A stretch of DNA of 63,709 nt, counting the filler, from Choristocarpus tenellus KU-1152 (Eukaryota; Protista; Phaeophyceae), in assembly GCA_964200185.2 (NCBI GenBank). It is 10 parts of 10 records of this genome, joined end to end, with 100 filler letters (N's around TTAATTAATTAA, not from the genome) between each part and the next. Parts side by side here need not be neighbours in the genome. Positions count along the whole stretch, not along the records: positions 1 to 3,742 come from CAXNAD020018198.1; positions 3,843 to 11,406 come from CAXNAD020005959.1; positions 11,507 to 21,968 come from CAXNAD020002916.1; 7 more parts are not named here. One strand, given 5' to 3'. The notes under the pieces are model-generated. The model did no database searches, was not told where the DNA came from, and saw nothing but the letters and a program-made list of their open reading frames with translations. Made by a program: the position numbers and the translations under genes. Of this stretch, positions 1 through 11,599 are shown in pieces. Each line of letters begins with the position of its first letter. Position 1 is the stretch's first letter.

Positions 1-529
1 CATTCAACACCACTCAACACCACTCCACAATCATCCAAGAACCCCCCTTCATCATCCCCTTCATACTGTGCCTTTGAGCTAGAAGACATCTACCCCGCCC
101 GAACTTGACCTCCCCTCCCACCCTGAGATCCAAGTCGGTCGTGAGCAAGCGACAGGGCGGGTGGGTGGGAAAGCTTGCTCGGGGGTCCTCTTGATCCAGC
201 CTTCCTCGTCTTGTCCCCCAGCCTCAGGTTTCCTCATTCGATTCAGTACTGTTCATTCCTTCTCCCCTTGTGCCTCCACCTGCCACCTATTTTCTTAACC
301 ACTCAATCTCAACTCTTCGTTCCCTCCTTAATACTTATATTTCTTTACTGTCCCCTTCCTTGCCCTGTGCCCCCAACCAACCAGAATTCTTCCGCCCACA
401 AAACTCAGATTACTTGATAAACTTTCCCTTTCTATTTTGGTTATCGTTTAACGTTATCTGCTAACATGGTAATACAAACGAGATAGTTGATATTTTATCC
501 CCCAAGAATATCAGTGAAACCCCTTTACA

Positions 530-1350
530 TTTATTATGATTATTATTGTCACGACTGCTACTATGGTAGCAGCTGTAGTATCGCTATTACTAATATATTA
601 TTGCTACAACTACTGCTAATAATAATAATAGTAAAATTAGTATTAGCAATTCTAATCCAATTGTTGCTACTACTGCTACTACTCTAACTACTTCTACAAT
701 TTAACTTGACATTAGTCTGAGGGATTGCAGACCCTTAATCAAAAAGGTATTCCATACAAGGCAATTCACACTCCTTCACAAGTGCAAGTAGTATAGATGA
801 AAAAAAATAACAAAAGAAAAACTAAAAGAAAATGATCCACAGGGGAATGCACTACCACCGAACAAAACCTTGAGTCATATCAGGTCCATCGAGAGTGGGA
901 AAGATAACTCACCACAAGTCACAGAAGGGAAACAAACAGGGGAGAGGAGCAAAAGGCGAAAAATTGACGCAAGATATAGCAACCCCAAAGGAGAGGGTGT
1001 ATTTGAGAACCAGCGTTCAACAGAGAGTGATTGTGGTTGTGTTGGATACTTGGGTGACCTTCACTCACTGCTGCCTTAGCATGAAGTACATCACCAGGTA
1101 TCACAGCTTCCTTGGAATGCCACTTTGCCACGAAGCTCATTGTGATAGCAGTCACACACTCGTACCGCTCCTGCTGGTTAGTAACCCCTTACCTCTATCC
1201 CTCAACCAACCGTAATCCCAATCATCTATCTCCCAAGGTTGAATTGTGGTCACACCCACCAGTTCTTCTCCTATCCACCTTGCTTTCTTTTATTTTTCCA
1301 GCCGCAACCTCCCCAAACATCAACACCTTCGGAAGTCACTCGTCCCCCAC
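530..1350 (-). mobile_element. 5'-truncated, decayed RTE-clade LINE 3' end
   Basis: Minus-strand translation from 1350 gives VGDE*LPKVLMFGEVAAGK, matching the RTE C-terminal motif MxDxRLPKxxxFGEL (stop is a CGA>TGA change). Further 3' it reads SFVAKWHSKEA..LHAKAA, then an (AGT)/(TAT)-rich tail at about 530-700. The 3' boundary is approximate. Confidence 0.65.
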
Positions 1351-1709
1351 ACATAATCTGATGGATGGTACCTTCAGGGCACTACCCGTTCGGGCAACCC
1401 CATCAACCAATTATCAGAACCAACAGTTCCCCTCGTACAAAATCGGATTACTATTGCGACAATGGCTCAGCACTAGGGTAAAACTAACCTGTCTGACGAC
1501 TATCTAAACCCAGACCGCGTTATCTGTGAGTGAACAATCCTACACTTGGTGACTTCAGTGACACGGTCGTAGGAAGAGCCGACATCAAGGGGAAAAAAAA
1601 CATGGCTATGAATGCTTAGCTGCAACAAGCCAGCTATCCTTGTGGCAACTCTGCTTAAACCTCTACCTTCAAGTCCGAAAGAAGGAAACATCGGTTAGTC
1701 ATGCTTTCA
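1351..1709 (-). pseudogene. Degenerate 28S (LSU) rRNA fragment, 3' region including the sarcin-ricin loop
   Basis: + strand matches the reverse complement of conserved eukaryotic LSU blocks: GGGTAAAACTAACCTGTCT-ACGAC..TCTAAACCCAG, GTGAACAATCC-ACACTTGG, TAGGAAGAGCCGACATC, ACAAGCCAG-TATCC-TGTGG-AACT and the SRL GTTCC(C)CTCGTAC (1426-1438). Many substitutions, so non-functional. Confidence 0.85.
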
Positions 1710-3718
1710 AATACCGAAACTAATTCTCCTAGTGGTTTCCAATACTATGGTACCCTCTGTGTCACTGAGTCACAAATCTGGGTAATCATCTGAATATGGA
1801 TTGGAACTATCTGGAGAAAAAATGAGTGCATAGCGAAGAAGCTTGAGTAGGGCATGTACAATCCACCTAGCTCTTCATTGAGCCAAAACTTCAACAAAAT
1901 ATCGTGATCAAGGTAATGCTACTAAGGGGTTGGTAGAACCGAAGAGATGGGGAAATATCCCTGCAACCACCTCCACTTTCAGGATATGACAAAGGAACGG
2001 TGAGCTTTTTGGGAAAGGGGCATTCCTATGTAAGAGAGATCCAAGGAAAAATGGGTACGTGCAAGAAGGGCATATACCACAAGTAGCGCAGAGGAGAGTC
2101 TTTTCCAGCACTTCTTCAAAAGTCACAGATAGAAGATATGGGTATCCAGGTACAGAGTACAGGAAGTAAATTATACGCAAACAAATTTATGGCCTCCCAG
2201 AGAAGTGCGAACAGTGGAAGCCCGATGCCGCAGAGAATTATGCAAAAACAATTTCATGTAAAGGGAAAGGGACTGAAATAGTGGTGGTGTGAGTTTTACT
2301 CATTGCAGGTAGATGCTGCCATAGTACTTGAATCAACAAATAGTGTGTCCATGAAGCCCAAGACATTATTGTGCAAGACGTGCTTAGAAGTAATTAGGCA
2401 CGGTTTGCTCAAATACAAGTGTAATTTCATTCGCCTCAGAAGCTGTTTATGAATAAATGAAAATGTGTGTGCAGAGTTAAACATCCGATCCGAGGTGTGT
2501 GTAAGACTTACTGGACTTGATGAGGTAGTTCCTCTGAAAATGGGATGTTGCTAACCTGGGTATGTCCTGCCCAGATGGCGAGGCCGGTTTCTCAGGACAA
2601 ACAGATGCGCACTCGCAGTGAGACTCTGGGAGAATAGTCCATGTACTGCTGATGCCCTCCTGTTCGCAAAGATTGTGGGAACCACAGAAGAGTTTGCCCA
2701 CCCATGATCATATTACCTCCTGTATGTGCCGTCTCTGTAAGAAAATGGTGAAAACACTTGGGTCAGGCAGGTTGAACAATGGAGAGGAGATAGTTGTCTA
2801 CCTTTATGTTCACATTAGATGAAATAGATACAAGCCCTGCAGTATCCTCTCACTTACTGACACATCTTCTGGAGAGAGTCCCTCTTACTCCCCATTGGTT
2901 ACATATGTCATCAACATGACCTGACCTGTTATGTTCCTGCCCAGGAATAGTCATAGGAACTATTGACTTTTACTCCTCGGGAAAAAGTAGTGTATAGAGT
3001 GTTGATAATACCTCATGGCGGTTCACAGCTGATCCAAGAAGCTCTATGGGATCTGATTTCATATCTGATATCCATCCACATCTAAAATCATCCCATTTCT
3101 ACCTCAAGGTGCACCACAAAAAAATACTTACAATACTACCAGTTGTAACATCTACCAAAGAGTACCCGACATTGCCGGATCTTGTCGCCAATAGGAAAGA
3201 TGAGGACATTATTTATGGTGAATGTCTATTCCATTTAGGACTGCACTTTTCGAATTGCTTGAAGTTATGCAATCCCACTTCAAGGTTGAGTCATCCTTGT
3301 TTACTTCCTCTAATCGTCTCTACTTGTACCTCCCCCAAACCGTGCAGACAGTTTAACACATATATCACATGCGCACATTATTCATGACGATGTTCTTAGA
3401 CTGAAATTCCCATCAATAATATATAGAGATATCAAGTGTCTCCATATTCAGAGAGATGTAGCTAGGTGTGATTCACATATGCTTCAGCCTCTACAACAGA
3501 TTGGATCATTGCATCGACCAGGCGATAGAAAGCAGAAGTACTTGAAAGTAGCTAAGAATGGTCTGTCCTCACAACGCTTGGAGCAACTGTACCCACAATA
3601 TTGGACAAGGTCGGAGAACGAAATACAAGACAAAATCTACTACTACAAGGTATCAGCGGTACATATTGTATGGTGGAGAGTGTGATATCGCTCATGGGCT
3701 GGATTTCATCTTAATACT

Positions 3719-3742
3719 GGGTCAAAGTATCTGTGTGGGGGG
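3719..3742 (+). mobile_element. MITE terminus (GGGTCAAAGTATCT family), cut by contig end
   Basis: GGGTCAAAGTATCTGTGTGGGGG; same terminus recurs at 11507, 21949, 26097, 42432 and 60770. Confidence 0.7.
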
Positions 3743-3842
3743 NNNNNNNNNNNNNNNNNNNNNNNNNNNNNNNNNNNNNNNNNNNNTTAATTAATTAANN
3801 NNNNNNNNNNNNNNNNNNNNNNNNNNNNNNNNNNNNNNNNNN
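3743..3842. other. Artificial contig linker N44-TTAATTAATTAA-N44 (also at 11407, 21969, 25861, 37012, 42454, 47482, 57743, 60645)
   Basis: Identical 100-bp N-padded spacer with stops in all six frames, nine times. Confidence 0.97.
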
Positions 3843-4333
3843 CTGATTACTACACCCATTCTCAACTGATTACTACAGCCGTTCTCAACTGATTACTACA
3901 GCCGTTCTCAACTGATTACTACAACCGTTCTCAACTGATTACTACAACCGTTCTCAACTGATTACTACAACCGTTCTCAACTGATTACTACAGCCGTTCT
4001 CAACTGATTACTACAACCGTTCTCAACTTATTACTACAGCCGTTCTCAACTGATTACTACAACCGTTCTCAACTGATTACTACAGCCGTTCTCAACTGAT
4101 TACTACAACCGTTCTCAACTGATTACTACAACCGTTCTCAACTGATTACTACAACCATTCTCAACTGATTACTACAGCCGTTCTCAACTGATTACTACAG
4201 CCGTTCTCAACTGATTACTACAACCGTTCTCAACTGATTACTACAACCGTTCTCAACTGATTACTACAACCGTTCTCAACTGATTACTACAACCGTTCTC
4301 AACTGATTACTACAACCGTTCTCAACTGATTAC
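3843..4333. repeat. 23-bp minisatellite, about 21 copies (CTGATTACTACA[A/G]CCGTTCTCAA)
   Basis: Direct tandem array with no spacers, truncated by the contig start. Confidence 0.97.
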
Positions 4334-4566
4334 AGCAGTTCATGAATGCCCTAGGCAAATAATTGGGTGGATAGGTGTTTTGCCTGGCAGTAGGTGTCAA
4401 ACTGTATCTAGATTTTGTTCGAGGTCAAAAGTAATTCAAGTCAGGATCACCAGTCGTACTAACTAGGGTTGGTGGGAAGCGGCAGAGTCACACCACAGCA
4501 GGAAGCGAGACCAAGGGGACATGCAAGTCAGTTATCACATTACTGCTTGTTGCTGAGCGGAAGATT

Positions 4567-4604
<38 letters not shown>
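4567..4604. repeat. (GT)n microsatellite (similar tracts at about 6813-6860 and 9136-9164)
   Basis: Seen directly. Confidence 0.95.
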
Positions 4605-4605
<1 letters not shown>

Positions 4606-6363
4606 AAATGCTTGACAAATACAAGGTAGAGTTTCTTGTGTGATCTACGCATTGATTTTGTGCTCCTTCCACAAATACTTCAAAATTCAAAGCATGTAAG
4701 CAGTAGTAGTAGTAGTAGAACATCACTAAAATAATAAAAAAAAAAAATGTAGAAAAACGTTTGTGATCATTTCAGAGGAAAGAGAGAGCGACTTACTGAA
4801 GCAAGCACTCACTATGAATTGCTTCTAGAACATTATTGCCCTTCCCACAAAAGAAGTATTGCTTGTTTTCCTGGAGACCAACCACCTCCCCTCCTTCCAT
4901 CAAAACGAGAACCACGATCAGAGCTGATATGGCACTCTTAGACAAGCCACTCGAGGAGTGCAGCATACGACAAAGAGCAAGCCATTCTGACCACGGCTTT
5001 ATCATTTTCACTATACATAACCGTTTCCAATACCAGTATTGGTAAGTATAGACTCCCGGTGATGATGTGATTGTGCTCTCTTAATCCTACAATATTTATT
5101 TCCTTAAATGAAGACACAATCAGTATGGGGTGACATTCCGAAAATCAAGCACACCAGGCATGACACAATGAACCACTTGACAGAGGAACTGTGTGCACCA
5201 GAGCAAGCACCGCCTCTTCCTTGCAATCACCCACTAATTCCACTAATTCCACTAATCCACCTGCACTCACAATAAATGGCAAAAAATCATTCCACAACTA
5301 CTACCACTGTTGATGACCAGAATCACCCTCACCAATTAGTCCTCCCAATAAAAAGTACTTGAGTATTCGCAGGCGTGACTACCACCACAACTTGCTCATC
5401 GAAAGAATGATAACTTGGGTACCATAGGTGAGTAAAGGCGCACCCTGGTGATTCATTCATGTGAACATAGCATTATTGTGTGGTGTCCTTCAGCAGAAGT
5501 GACTGCAGGTAGGACAGAAAAACGTCAAGGTGCAAACTATTGCCTTCTAAGCAACATCCAAACTTGTTTAACCAACCGGCTACACTTCTAATGACTACTG
5601 AGAGCTAAGCTTTACCAGGGGAGTTGTGTTACATTACACCCTTTCAGCACATTCCACACAAATGTGTGAATTCCGAAAAAATAGATGTAAAATGAGTCAG
5701 CCTACCAACGATACCACAGGATCAGAAAAATAAATTTTAATGATCAAAGGTCTATAAGTCTAGCACCGGTTTGCCACCAAAATCTTGAATTGAAGAGCAT
5801 TCAAATATATAGTCATACAATCATACACTACTTACTCCTGTAGGTAGGTTAAGTCCCATCAAGAGCACATAAATAAATAGAAAAGCAGAAAGAACCAGGA
5901 GGCAACTCAAGAGACTGAAGCATTCAGATTTATCCCTGCTTGTGAACAAAAATTCAGCTGTAACACTGTCCAATCCAAAGAAATATCTCAAAATGAAAAG
6001 AAAGAAGTGTGCACACGTAGAGCATCAAGAGAATGATCAAGAGAGCGACATAGATCAAAGACAACAAAAAACATTATCAAGGGGGACAAAAAATGAACAA
6101 AAAAAAACATAGAAAAAGGCTCTCGACGCACTCAAATCCCTCCCTTAAAAACAACAAAAAATAACTCGAAAGAAAAATAGAGTACTTCCAAAAGTACTCA
6201 TTTGCCACTACTACAAAGAGTGGACTCATAAATACGGTGTGCGCTTTTTCTTCTGCAGAGCAACTACGTGATGCCCAAGCTTCTCATCAACCATGTCTCC
6301 ATCAAAGATGCGTAACCCCCCCACTTTATATACACGACTTGGAATCTTGCCAAGGCAGCACTT

Positions 6364-6811
6364 TTAGGCAAGTGTAGAGGTAAACTTCTCCGTCTGCTGT
6401 TTATATAGCTTGGCGTAGATGCCCTTGCTGTAGGTATCACAGTGACAACGCAAGCATGGCAATAGGAGCAGCAGGCATCAAAGGCATGTTTAAGAGATTA
6501 TAATTGATGTAACAAAGAGGGGGATACATCAATGAGAGAATGGATGGAAGAAGTACTGATGAGGTGGAGCCGGGTATGGGATGAGGCGAGCTTCTGGAGC
6601 AAAGTCGTACAGCTGCCGTTGGGGGCCTAAAAAAAGAGAGGCTAAATTCACCACAACAGTCCAAACACAAAAAATGCATTAGGGGTGCCACTCGCAGGGA
6701 TCAAAATATCATAGTCAGGAGAAAGGACATACCTCATTCCTCTAAACCAATGTAAGGAAAAAAGCTAGTGTGCATACACAACAAGCAACGAGTCCTAGGA
6801 TAACCCCAACA

Positions 6812-6845
<34 letters not shown>

Positions 6846-9132
6846 GCACACACACACAAGCACTATGGGATACTACAGACTGAACAGACAAGTACTCCCT
6901 CACCCACAACCTTTCCCACCCACCTCATGGCCATGAGCTCCTCATGAGAGCCCAACTCCTTAATTCCACCTCCGGAGATCACAGCAATGCGGTTGGAGTT
7001 CCGTATTGTGGTCAGGCGATGGGCCACCACCAGCATCGTACGGCTCTTCATTGACTGCAGATGGTCAAGGGCCTCCTGGACCTAGAGGTCATTGAAAAAA
7101 AAGCAATGACAGAACTCATGAGAAATTTCATTATGGACAAAGCTGAACTGAAGCACGTTCCATAACACCAGAATTACACAGCACACAAAGCAACAGTAAC
7201 AAGTGTTCTAGCCAGATGGTGACAAGAAAAGCCGCCTCCATCTTGACAGAAACGTTCCCCTGTGCCGTACCAGGTCAAAAACAATTTGGGGCAAGAAACA
7301 TTGGGCATGGTGGGGACTTCCAGACACAACTAGGGCGGTTGACCAACACTGGTCCAAGCACAACAGTGTTGATTCAACATGCGAGAGAAGAAGGGAGAAC
7401 ACCACACATGTCATTTCGCATGCTTCCAACTTATCTACAATAGACCACAGCAACCGGTTTGGGAAAAACATAACAAACACTACCTACCACACGCACGCAC
7501 GCCACATAGCCAGGCCAAAACATGTCCACTCCAACAAACCATCGCAAGCGGAGTAAGCAAACTCAACTGTTGGACTGGGGGTCACACAAAGGAGATCCCC
7601 ACCACTACCATACACACGACTCCCATTCCGTACAGGGGTAGTTGACTCTTCCATGTTCAATCCAACAGGGGTATCACCACAGGACAGGCAATTCAAACGT
7701 TTACAATACAACCTTTACACCGACAAAATCCTTTGGCAGATGCAGGCAAGAGAGGTGGAGGAGGGGCAAGCGAGGGCAACTGACCTGGCGCTCGCTCTCA
7801 TTGTCCAGAGCGGATGTAGCCTCGTCAAGAAGGAGAATGGGAGGGTCATTGATGATTGCGCGGGCAATGGCAATACGCTGCACACGCCATGCCAGGTGAA
7901 GACGATGGAAAAAGCGGAGAGGAACAACAGAGAGGCACACATCAGGAGCAGAAAAAAAAAACTTTTTTTAAAAAATCAAGAAACTAACAAAAAAAAAACT
8001 ACACTTCACAACAGCTCAACAACAAAATCCAAAACGTTGGGACAAAAATGCAGCAGAAGGAGAAGCCAGGAGTGCACCGTTAGTGTATGCGGCATTGCCC
8101 ATGATGGTAGCAGTTCTGTAGCCTGCTAATCCTCGCCACAGAGCCACTTGGTTGGGATTCAAAATGCCCCACAATGAAACTGTGCCATGGTATCGCTCAA
8201 CCTAACACATGTATGACCTCGGCAATAGGAGAGACATGTCTTGCTGAAATGGTCAAGATGCCTGCTTTGTCCTCCTGCACACTCCAACACTGCCTAATCC
8301 AATCTGTGCTAGCACAACTTGGGGGTTTCGGACCTCTCAATACCCAACAAGAGCACAGCAGAAGAAGTGCCTTCCTAACCACTGGTACATACTACCACCA
8401 AAGTACAACAGAAGAAACGCCTTCCTAGCCCTTGGTACATACTACTACCAAAGTACAACAGAAGAAGCGCCTTCCTAACCACTGGTACATACTACTACCA
8501 AAGTACAACAGAAGAAGCGCCTTCCTAACCACTGGTACATACTACCACCAAAGTACAACAGAAGAAACGCCTTCCTAGCCCTTGGTACATACTACTACCA
8601 AAGTACAACAGACCGGTGCTGGCTTGTACTGAATAACCTTGATAACAAAATTTCACGTGGTGGAACAGCATCGTCACGTACACCTCAGTCCCACAGATAA
8701 ACTACATGAGTAGGAACCATGTGTTCCCTCAAACTTAAACCAGACAAGAGCACATGCTCACGCTTCCAACCTCAACATAAAGTTGAACAAAAGATTCGAT
8801 CACGAAGGGGCCAGAGACTTTCCCACACTGAGCACAGTGGGGCAGTGGGAAAGCTACCATGGTGCACCATGGTATATAAAGTACAGCTTTTAAAAGTACA
8901 AAGTATACAGAAGGTACAACAACCTCCTCCCCCCTCCCCTCCTCTTGCAAGAAAAAGACTGACCTGCTTTTGTCCACCTGACAGGAGAGCACTCTTTTCT
9001 CCCACATCAGTGTCATACCCATCCTGGACATCACATACACACATGTACAACACATTTGTAGGTACAAAAAACCAGAAAAATACAAAAGGTCAAATACTTT
9101 TTTTTTTATATGGAATTTCGAAGAGGTGTATG

Positions 9133-9166
<34 letters not shown>

Positions 9167-10298
9167 TAACCTCCTGCCTTCAAACAAACAGAAAACAACT
9201 AGTCAACTGCAACAACCTCTTTCTTTTGGAGTGTCACACCACAGCTAGCCTAAACCTCCCATTAAATCTCAACAAGTATCAACCCAAGCATTGCCAACCT
9301 CCCCCTCCCCCTCCCCCTCCCTCAACCCTTCCTCCACTGGCCCTTGCAGCTCCCAAAAGTTCTAAATAAACCCTTCCCGCTATCATGTCATCATACATCA
9401 TACTCAATGATACAGCAGTTAAAATTTCAAACTCAAACCTCACCCTCACTCACGCTGAATTCCATAATAAAGTTGTGCGCAAAGGCGGCCTTGGCAGCGG
9501 CCTCCACCTCCTCACTACTAGCCTCTGGCTTTCCCTTCAAAATGTTCTCCCTGATGGATCCTGTGAATAGAACCGGCTCCTGTCCCACATAGCCCATCTG
9601 TGTCCAACGTATCAATGTAACACATGCTCCGGGCGATGAACCACTTCAAAGATTTCTTGCTTCAGAGTTGGGATGATTCTGTGTGGAGGATTTCCTTCTC
9701 ACATAAGTTGACCCTATACAGGGGGTCCTTTTGTCTTCAAAAAATAAGACCAGGTTAGTCACGTAACATGGGTTAGTCACACGTAACACTTTATCACCAC
9801 GTACACCCTAACCCTAACCCTAACCCTAACCCTAACCCTAACCCAACAAACCTTCCTTCCCTATCCTAATCATCACATATTGGCAAGTGTCTTCAACACT
9901 CCACCAAAAAAAAAAAAACCAACAACCCCAAAAAAACCAACACCCACCCCACCACAACAATCAAAAAAAAAAAGAAAAAAACAAAATAACAACCCCACTA
10001 CACTCACTGTAACACAGAGAGACATCTAGCGAAAGAGGTCGACAATCAATTCAACACCACCACCCTTCAAATATTTATATTGATCTGCCAAGGTAACCAA
10101 TGAAACCACAATATTGCAGTGACTCAGTTCCAAAAACAAACCAATGCTTACAGTCGGCAAGGGTACCAAAACTGGCGTAGTCCACACCTCCCTCAAGACA
10201 AAGTGAAAAATCTTACCTGACTCCTGAGCCAGTTGACGTTAAGCTCCTTGATGTCTCGCCCCCCAAGCTCCACACTCCCCTCCAACGGGTCATAGAAC
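6364..10298 (-). CDS. ABCB (MDR/P-glycoprotein-like) ABC transporter, C-terminal nucleotide-binding domain; 5' part missing
   Basis: GT-AG exons 10217-10298, 9454-9597, 8964-9023, 7785-7877, 6924-7081, 6364-6427 splice in frame: [80 protein letters not shown] (Q-loop, signature, Walker B, H-loop). Confidence 0.93.
8361..8612. repeat. 50-bp minisatellite, 5 copies, in an ABCB intron
   Basis: Unit GAAGAA[A/G]YGCCTTCCTA[A/G]CC[AC/CT]TGGTACATACTAC[C/T]ACCAAAGTACAACA. Confidence 0.95.
9806..9844. repeat. Interstitial telomere-like (CCCTAA)6 tract in an intron
   Basis: Seen directly; shorter tracts occur throughout the window. Confidence 0.95.
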
Positions 10299-11506
10299 CT
10301 GTCACACAACACCAACACCAACACACCAACACACCAACACACATACACATACATACACACACACAAAAAAAAAAAAATCACCAACAGGTTTTGCACCAAA
10401 ATGAGAACCCCACAAATCTGAGGCCTATAACTACGTGTGAAAGGGTCACAAAGCGCTCTGTAGTGCTACAGCAAAGTGACAGACTTCATCGAACAAGACA
10501 CGGCAAGCAAACAAGTCAGGACCTAAGGAGGGGACGCAAAGAGTCGCCACCCAACTCCAACCCCCAGAGACCACTTGAGCCAGACATGCCAGCAGTACAT
10601 TTGACAGTTACAAGATGGCACGGTGCTACCCTAAAAAAAAAAGCATTTGACAGTTGTGGTTCAGGAGAGAAAAAACAACGGAGACAATCACCTCCAATTC
10701 AAACAATTGAGAATACCTGACAAATCTAACCAAAAACAATTCACCCATTCACTTCACCTCTTAGTCATCATCACAACACAACCAGATGACATGCATCATC
10801 CATCACAGAGGCATCACGGCCCACAACAACTCACTACATACACATGACTTCTCACATTGCCACGGGACATTCTAACACTAAGGACTGTGCACGTCGCGTC
10901 TCACGCACACCGTCTCATGCATCAACACTTCAATTCGACCAATCCAAATATCTTGTCAATGTAACCCTAACCTTAACTGTATAGCCCATTCTTTCAGTTC
11001 AAACTACTGTAAAACATGGGATAACCTCCCAAAACAGGAAAAGATGGGGGGGGGGGGAAGAGAGGGGAGGAGAGGGTGGTATACCATGCACAACACATTG
11101 TGCCAACACAACAAACAATAAGTCAGCTGCTGTGAATCTCCCCCTTCTGCATACGATCTGACACCATGTCCTCTGGCAATATCACAACAGATCCTCAATA
11201 AGGGATGCACACTTCAGTGAAATCTCATTTCCACAAGCACACGTTTCAGAGACTTAGCAACAACCAAAAAAAACTAATGGAAAATAGTTTTTAAAACATC
11301 GCATATATATGTATATATATTTATTTTTTTAACAATAATATGAGGCATTATTGTTTGCAGACACCAATACAAGTTACCCTCTGGAGCGGGCACAGGGGGG
11401 AGGGGGNNNNNNNNNNNNNNNNNNNNNNNNNNNNNNNNNNNNNNNNNNNNTTAATTAATTAANNNNNNNNNNNNNNNNNNNNNNNNNNNNNNNNNNNNNN
11501 NNNNNN

Positions 11507-11548
11507 GTCAGAAACGGACGCCGGCACCCCCCCCCATATACTTTGACC
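11507..11548 (-). mobile_element. MITE terminus (GGGTCAAAGTATCT family)
   Basis: Reverse complement GGTCAAAGTATATG(G)nTGCCGGCGTCCGTTTCTGAC, nearly identical to 60770-60817. Confidence 0.75.
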
Positions 11549-11599
11549 ATTTGCTGGATTGAGAGCGTACACCGCACAGGACTGTAGATGCCCAACACT

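Noticed and set aside
1351-1709. Functional rRNA gene
   Set aside because: Short fragment with many changes at normally invariant positions, including the sarcin-ricin loop
1900-3700. Possible coding or TE sequence
   Set aside because: Only short ORFs and no motif I can identify; probably decayed repeat
3787-3798. Palindrome TTAATTAATTAA recurring nine times
   Set aside because: Always centred in an identical N pad; an assembly linker with six-frame stops, not biology
3843-4333. 23-bp repeats as a CRISPR array
   Set aside because: Units are head-to-tail with no unique spacers, no cas genes, and the context is eukaryotic
8719-9369. 216-aa plus-strand ORF and many other short ORFs in the track
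   Set aside because: Antisense to real exons or running through microsatellites and introns; no domain signal
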